Assembly (NCBI GenBank): GCA_964016885.1
Contig: OZ024740.1
Span: forward strand, 289,664,001-289,728,000
Reading direction: 5' to 3'
Source: Eledone cirrhosa
Lineage: Eukaryota
Length of the DNA: 64,000 bases
Within the stretch, counting starts at the first letter, position 1; each line of letters begins with the position of its first letter. The position numbers and the translations under genes are program-made. Of this stretch, positions 57,081 to 64,000 are shown one piece after another. Below the pieces are notes generated by a model. It did not search any database. It was not told where the DNA came from and saw nothing but the letters and a program-made list of their open reading frames with translations.

Positions 57081-58137
57081 GTATATATTCATAAATATAT
57101 TTATATACACATATGGATAACTACGTACATATCTTTGCTCATACAAACACTCATGCACACGCATACTATCGGATGGGACAGCAATCATGTCTATTTATGT
57201 ATTTGTGTGTACATTGATAACACATAACTATATCTATATTAGCTGGCAAATAGTAATTAGCAGATAAATATTAATGCTTTATATGTATAATCAATCAGAG
57301 TCCATCTGTCTCGATCACCAGTTTTATTCTGTCTTCCTTTCCGTATCTCCTTAAGTGGGAGCAACATGGTCCGGTGATTAAGAGATTCTCTTCGCAATTA
57401 TAAGGTCCCGAGTTCGGTTTCGCTGCATGGTATCTTGAGTATGTGGATTTACTGTAGTCTTGGTTCGACCCATGCATTGTTAGTGAAATTGGGCTGATGG
57501 AAACTGTTTGGAAGCCCATAGAATTGACTGCACTATTAATTCAAATGGCCAGCCTTGTCACACAACGTGTTATGCGGAATTCTCCTGAGAATTATGTTTT
57601 AGGTATACGGGTCTATGGAACGTCTAGCGATTTGTTCGTTGATTTCACGATCATGTTGCTTGAACCGCTGGAACATTCATCAACGAAACCGACGGAGTTT
57701 CATTCTATTTATACATTTCTTGATACTTCTTAAACCACTCTTTCGTGGTCTTTTAGCCGGCTTTTGCCCATACATGACAATATTCTTTAGAATTAGATGC
57801 TAAATGTCGTACTACGTGTTCAAACTACATAATGTTCCTGTTTTTCACAATTGACAGAATAGTTTCTCATTCATAGCTTTCTCAAGAATTCCTTTCCTTA
57901 CACTATCGTTAGTAAAATGTTCCCAAACTTATCCCAACCAATTTTTACTTAAATGGATTTTTCAACAGACCATGCCACAATTACTTGCACCACAGACTGT
58001 TATGCAGCGAGAATAACAATCGGAAAGAGGATGTTTATATGTAGACAGAATGGATACCCAATATCCTATATTTATTAAGTACTGGAATTTTGAACGTAGC
58101 TCACGGACTCCGAATACATTTCTCACTCACACACACA

Positions 58138-58293
<156 letters not shown>

Positions 58294-58560
58294 ATATCAT
58301 CACTGGAATTCTATAAGAATCCAGCTTCTATAATTCTCGGCAGGAGCGAATGGGTAAGTAGTCTTGATAACCGCTAACGAGCGTGAAACAGGACTGTCTA
58401 TTAGTCCCCTTTGTTTTTGCCGTGAATAAGTTAATGACATAGTCACTACTTTAAAATTCATAGCGAATATTCTTCAAAATGTTTTTAATTAAACATACAG
58501 TATATTATCAAATATACTATACTTACATTCATACATATGTGCGTGTGTGTGTGTGTGTGT

Positions 58561-58613
<53 letters not shown>

Positions 58614-58615
58614 TA

Positions 58616-59509
<894 letters not shown>

Positions 59510-59836
59510 CATATATATCAATATCATCACTGGAATTCTATAAGAATCCAGCTTCTATAATTCTCGGCAGGAGCGAAGGGGTAAATAGTCTTGATAACCG
59601 CTAATGAGCGTGAAACAGGACTGTCTATTAGTCCCCTTTGTTTTTGCCGAGAATAAGTTAATGACATAGTCACTACTTTAAAATTCATAGCGAATGTTCT
59701 TCAAAATGTTTTTAATTAAACATACAGTATATTATCAAATATACTATACTTACATTCATACATATGTGTATGTGTGTGTGTGTGAGAGTGTTAGTGTGGG
59801 TGTGTGTGCGTGTGTGTGAGTGTGTATGATTGTGTG

Positions 59837-59878
<42 letters not shown>

Positions 59879-59879
<1 letters not shown>

Positions 59880-60590
59880 TAGCAGAATGGCCCGGCGTTG
59901 CTCGGCATTCTAAACATAGATTGGCATGTTTATCCCTCCTTTTTCTGAAACAGTTTCGTCGTATGTTCACCAATTGATGCAGAAGTCTTAATAAAAAGTG
60001 AAGTCGCCTTGGGTGAATAGGCAAATAATTTTCCATTAAGATTTTTCAAAAGCATGTAATTGCGTTCCCTTTCTTTTTTGTAGTGGTTTTTGCTGCTGTC
60101 GAGCCTCGTGAAATAAATACGTTTGTTATTGTGTATGCAAAAATATCTATACACGATATTATATATATATATCTGTGTGTAACCCTTTCGAAATATTACT
60201 TCTGCGTTCACAGATTGATTTTTGTGAACGCAGAAGTAAATATTTCGAAAGGGTTACACACTATATATATATATACACTCTTTATATATACATATATACA
60301 CACAGATAGTGTCAAAATGTCGTAAAGCAGACAGCCAGACGTACAGACAGATATTATAAGGGCGCGACGTTGTAGTTATGTATCTATCTAAAAGGAAAGA
60401 CTAAGAATTATAGAGAGAGATCGCTAAATCGCCTAATGCGGTCCCTTGGGCATTGAAAATTTGAAATATTCTTTCCTCAAAACACTCACAGGACCACAAG
60501 TATTACATGTGTAAAGTTTGAAAACAATCAGTTGGGTGGTTCTCGAGTTTTAAGGACTCAGAGAGACAGACAGACATTCTCTATTTTAGA
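59879..60590 (-). mobile_element. Non-autonomous Helitron copy B
   Basis: A|TCTAAAA start, hairpin ccgagcaacgccgg, CTAG|T end; part of a ~1.25-kb diverged tandem duplication (58290-59515 / 59516-60590). Confidence 0.78.
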
Positions 60591-60596
60591 TATATA

Positions 60597-60759
60597 CTAA
60601 TAGAATGGCCCGGCGTTGCTCGGGATTTGCTCTAGGTTTCTTATATATTCGATATATATTTATCCTTATCGAGACTCGTGAAATAAATACGTTTGTTTAT
60701 ATTTTGTTATTGTGTACGCAAAAATATCTGTACACGAATATATAATAATATATATATAT

Positions 60760-60828
<69 letters not shown>

Positions 60829-61048
60829 CGAAACATAAATCAATTGCATGAACTCATAATCCTTTATTTACTGCTATATATATTTCGATGATAGCCATTG
60901 AATGGCTATGACTTCATCAGGCAGTTAGTCAGTTCTTAGATATGCCAGCTCTGTGTTTATAGTGTTGATGGTGTTGGGACATATCCAAGCAGCGATTCTT
61001 TGTTAAACTTTAATCTGTTATTTTAATATATATATAAATATAAATATA

Positions 61049-61124
<76 letters not shown>

Positions 61125-61297
61125 AAAATAACAGGTTAAAGTTTAACAAAGAATCGCTGCTTTCAACTTTAACGGGATCTTCTGAAATTAAAAATATCAA
61201 CCTGAGAACGCAGATGTAAATATTTCGAAAAACGTTGCAACCGAAGGAAAACAGGAAGACGATACTTTGGTTCGGGAAGATGTTCCCTGGCATAAGA

Positions 61298-61328
<31 letters not shown>

Positions 61329-61647
61329 ATATACATATATGCACAAACACACTGATCGCGTCATAATGACGTAACGCAGACAGCCAGGTATACAGACATA
61401 TATTATAAAGGGCGACGTAATATCTATGTATCTATCTAAAAAGAGAAAGACTAACAGAGAGAAAAAGAGATCGCTAAATCGTCTAATGCGGTCCCTATGG
61501 CATTGAAAATTTGAAATTTATTTTGCTCAGAATACTCAATAGGACCATAACTATTACATGTATGAAGTTTGAAAACAATCGGTTGGGTGGTTCTCGAGTT
61601 TTAGTGATTGAACAGACAGATAGACAAACAGACATTCTCTGTTTTAG
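60597..61647 (-). mobile_element. Non-autonomous Helitron copy C, head-to-tail with B, with nested hammerhead fragments
   Basis: Same termini; contains hammerhead at 60870-60925 and A4-family sequence at 61125-61290. Confidence 0.7.
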
Positions 61648-61684
61648 TAGTAGTAGTATATATATATATATACAAAAGTCTAAA

Positions 61685-61877
61685 CTCTGTCTTAAGCCAG
61701 AAGGCTCATTTGGCCAGTGCTGATCCCGGATTCATGGCGTGAAGCGACTGAGAGTACGTGACTCCCCGCTGGACAGGACGCTAGTTCATCGCAGATATTG
61801 TTGGCACTCATTTTCAGCTGAGTATACTGCAGCAATGGGAAATGAAGGGTTTTGCTCCCGGGAATGGAACCCACGAC
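61685..61877 (-). mobile_element. Truncated SINE (V/Meta-domain-like)
   Basis: ggttccattcccggg B-box-like head, ctgcgatgaactagcgtcctgtccagcgggg central block. Confidence 0.45.
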
Positions 61878-61896
61878 ATATATATATATATATATA

Positions 61897-63954
61897 TGAG
61901 AGACGTAAAATAAGAGAATTATAAAATTAACTTACTTACTAAAATTTCACTCCAACTAATCAGTTTCTGAAAGGGAATAAACATACTTTCCGAAGAAACG
62001 TACAGAGAAGCCTTTCGTCATCAGGGAAGTCTATTCTCAGCTAAGTTTCCAGGCAATACGTGGACACAGGGAACTTATCAAAAATAATTCAGTGGATGGA
62101 AAAAAGCAAAGCGTGGACTAAATTCCAAGCCATTGAGAAAATCACTGCCTACTGCGTCGGTGGCAAATTCAAAACAATCAATCACGTGACATCGAGGTCA
62201 ATCAGTGAAGAGTGTTTTGTTAAGAAGACAGCAGCCGGACTGTTACTAAAGTATCAGTTTTAGCCAATTTTTGCTCGACAAATAATTTGGAGATAATTAT
62301 AAAGAATTAGTATATCTAGTAACATATATATACACAGATGCATACTTATGCCAGCAAATATATAGGTTTTGTCTTAGTAACTTTGTGGTTCAATGCATGG
62401 TGATGCAGAACAATAATATGAGAGACGTAAAATAAGAGAATTATAAAATTAACTTACTAAAATTTCACTCCAACTAATTAGTTTCTGAAAGGGAATAAAC
62501 ATACTTTCCGAAGAAACGTACAGAGAAGCCTTTCGTCATCAGGGAAGTCTATTCTCAGCTAAGTTTCCAGGCAATACGTGGACACAGGGAACTTATCAAA
62601 AATAATTCAGTGGATGGAAAAAAGCAAAGCGTGGACTAAATTCCAAGCCATTGAGAAAATCACTGCCTACTGCGTCGGTGGCAAATTCAAAACAATCAAT
62701 CACGTGACATCGAGGTCAATCAGTGAAGAGTGTTTTGTTAAGAAGACAGCAGCCGGACTGTTACTAAAGTATCAGTTTTAGCCAATTTTTGCTCGACAAA
62801 TAATTTGGAGATAATTATAAAGAATTAGTATATCTAGTAACATATATATACACAGATGCATACTTATGCCAGCAAATATATAGGTTTTGTCTTAGTAACT
62901 TTGTGGTTCAATGCATGGTGATGCAGAACAATAATATGAGAGACGTAAAATAAGAGAATTATAAAATTAACTTACTAAAATTTCACTCCAACTAATTAGT
63001 TTCTGAAAGGGAATAAACATACTTTCCGAAGAAACGTACAGAGAAGCCTTTCGTCATCAGGGAAGTCTATTCTCAGCTAAGTTTCCAGGCAATACGTGGA
63101 CACAGGGAACTTATCAAAAATAATTCAGTGGATGGAAAAAAGCAAAGCGTGGACTAAATTCCAAGCCATTGAGAAAATCACTGCCTACTGCGTCGGTGGC
63201 AAATTCAAAACAATCAATCACGTGACATCGAGGTCAATCAGTGAAGAGTGTTTTGTTAAGAAGACAGCAGCCGGACTGTTACTAAAGTATCAGTTTTAGC
63301 CAATTTTTGCTCGACAAATAATTTGGAGATAATTATAAAGAATTAGTATATCTAGTAACATATATATACACAGATGCATACTTATGCCAGCAAATATATA
63401 GGTTTTGTCTTAGTAACTTTGTGGTTCAATGCATGGTGATGCAGAACAATAATATGAGAGACGTAAAATAAGAGAATTATAAAATTAACTTACTAAAATT
63501 TCACTCCAACTAATTAGTTTCTGAAAGGGAATAAACATACTTTCCGAAGAAACGTACAGAGAAGCCTTTCGTCATCAGGGAAGTCTATTCTCAGCTAAGT
63601 TTCCAGGCAATACGTGGACACAGGGAACTTATCAAAAATAATTCAGTGGATGGAAAAAAGCAAAGCGTGGACTAAATTCCAAGCCATTGAGAAAATCACT
63701 GCCTACTGCGTCGGTGGCAAATTCAAAACAATCAATCACGTGACATCGAGGTCAATCAGTGAAGAGTGTTTTGTTAAGAAGACAGCAGCCGGACTGTTAC
63801 TAAAGTATCAGTTTTAGCCAATTTTTGCTCGACAAATAATTTGGAGATAATTATAAAGAATTAGTATATCTAGTAACATATATATACACAGATGCATACT
63901 TATGCCAGCAAATATATAGGTTTTGTCTTAGTAACTTTGTGGTTCAATGCATGG

Positions 63955-63955
<1 letters not shown>
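61897..63955. repeat. Tandem array of 518-bp units (~4 copies) between (TA)n tracts
   Basis: Identical 67-codon frames at 62060, 62578, 63096, 63614 give the 518 period; first unit is 4 bp longer. Confidence 0.95.
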
Positions 63956-63994
<39 letters not shown>

Positions 63995-64000
63995 ACGACA

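Noticed and set aside
62060-63817. Identical 67-aa ORF repeated four times
   Set aside because: GTG start, no recognisable motif; simply follows the 518-bp repeat

Overview
AT-rich, microsatellite-saturated eukaryotic DNA with no host protein-coding gene that I can support. The SINE families and simple-repeat content resemble a coleoid cephalopod (Octopus-like); that is inference. Nearly all ORF-track entries are translations of (CA)n/(TA)n/(TACA)n. Real coding remnants are all transposon-derived: RTE-clade LINEs (one with a 553-aa open RT+PHD frame), R4- and CRE-like RLE fragments, two Penelope-like (RT/GIY-YIG) fragments, two deleted mariners, a Chapaev3-like C-terminus and a Helitron RepHel fragment. 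tRNA-derived SINEs, MITEs and non-autonomous Helitrons are also present. The main result of reading the sequence is an unusually dense set of predicted type I hammerhead ribozymes: about 8 sequence-distinct families, over 20 full or partial copies, several with covarying stems between copies. They include a 631-bp tandem array with one hammerhead per unit (retrozyme-like), variant cores (U3:A8 'UUGACAA' and A4 'CAGAAGA'), and many fold-back palindromes that turn inside or beside the ribozyme. All ribozyme calls are hand-folded predictions, not tested activity.
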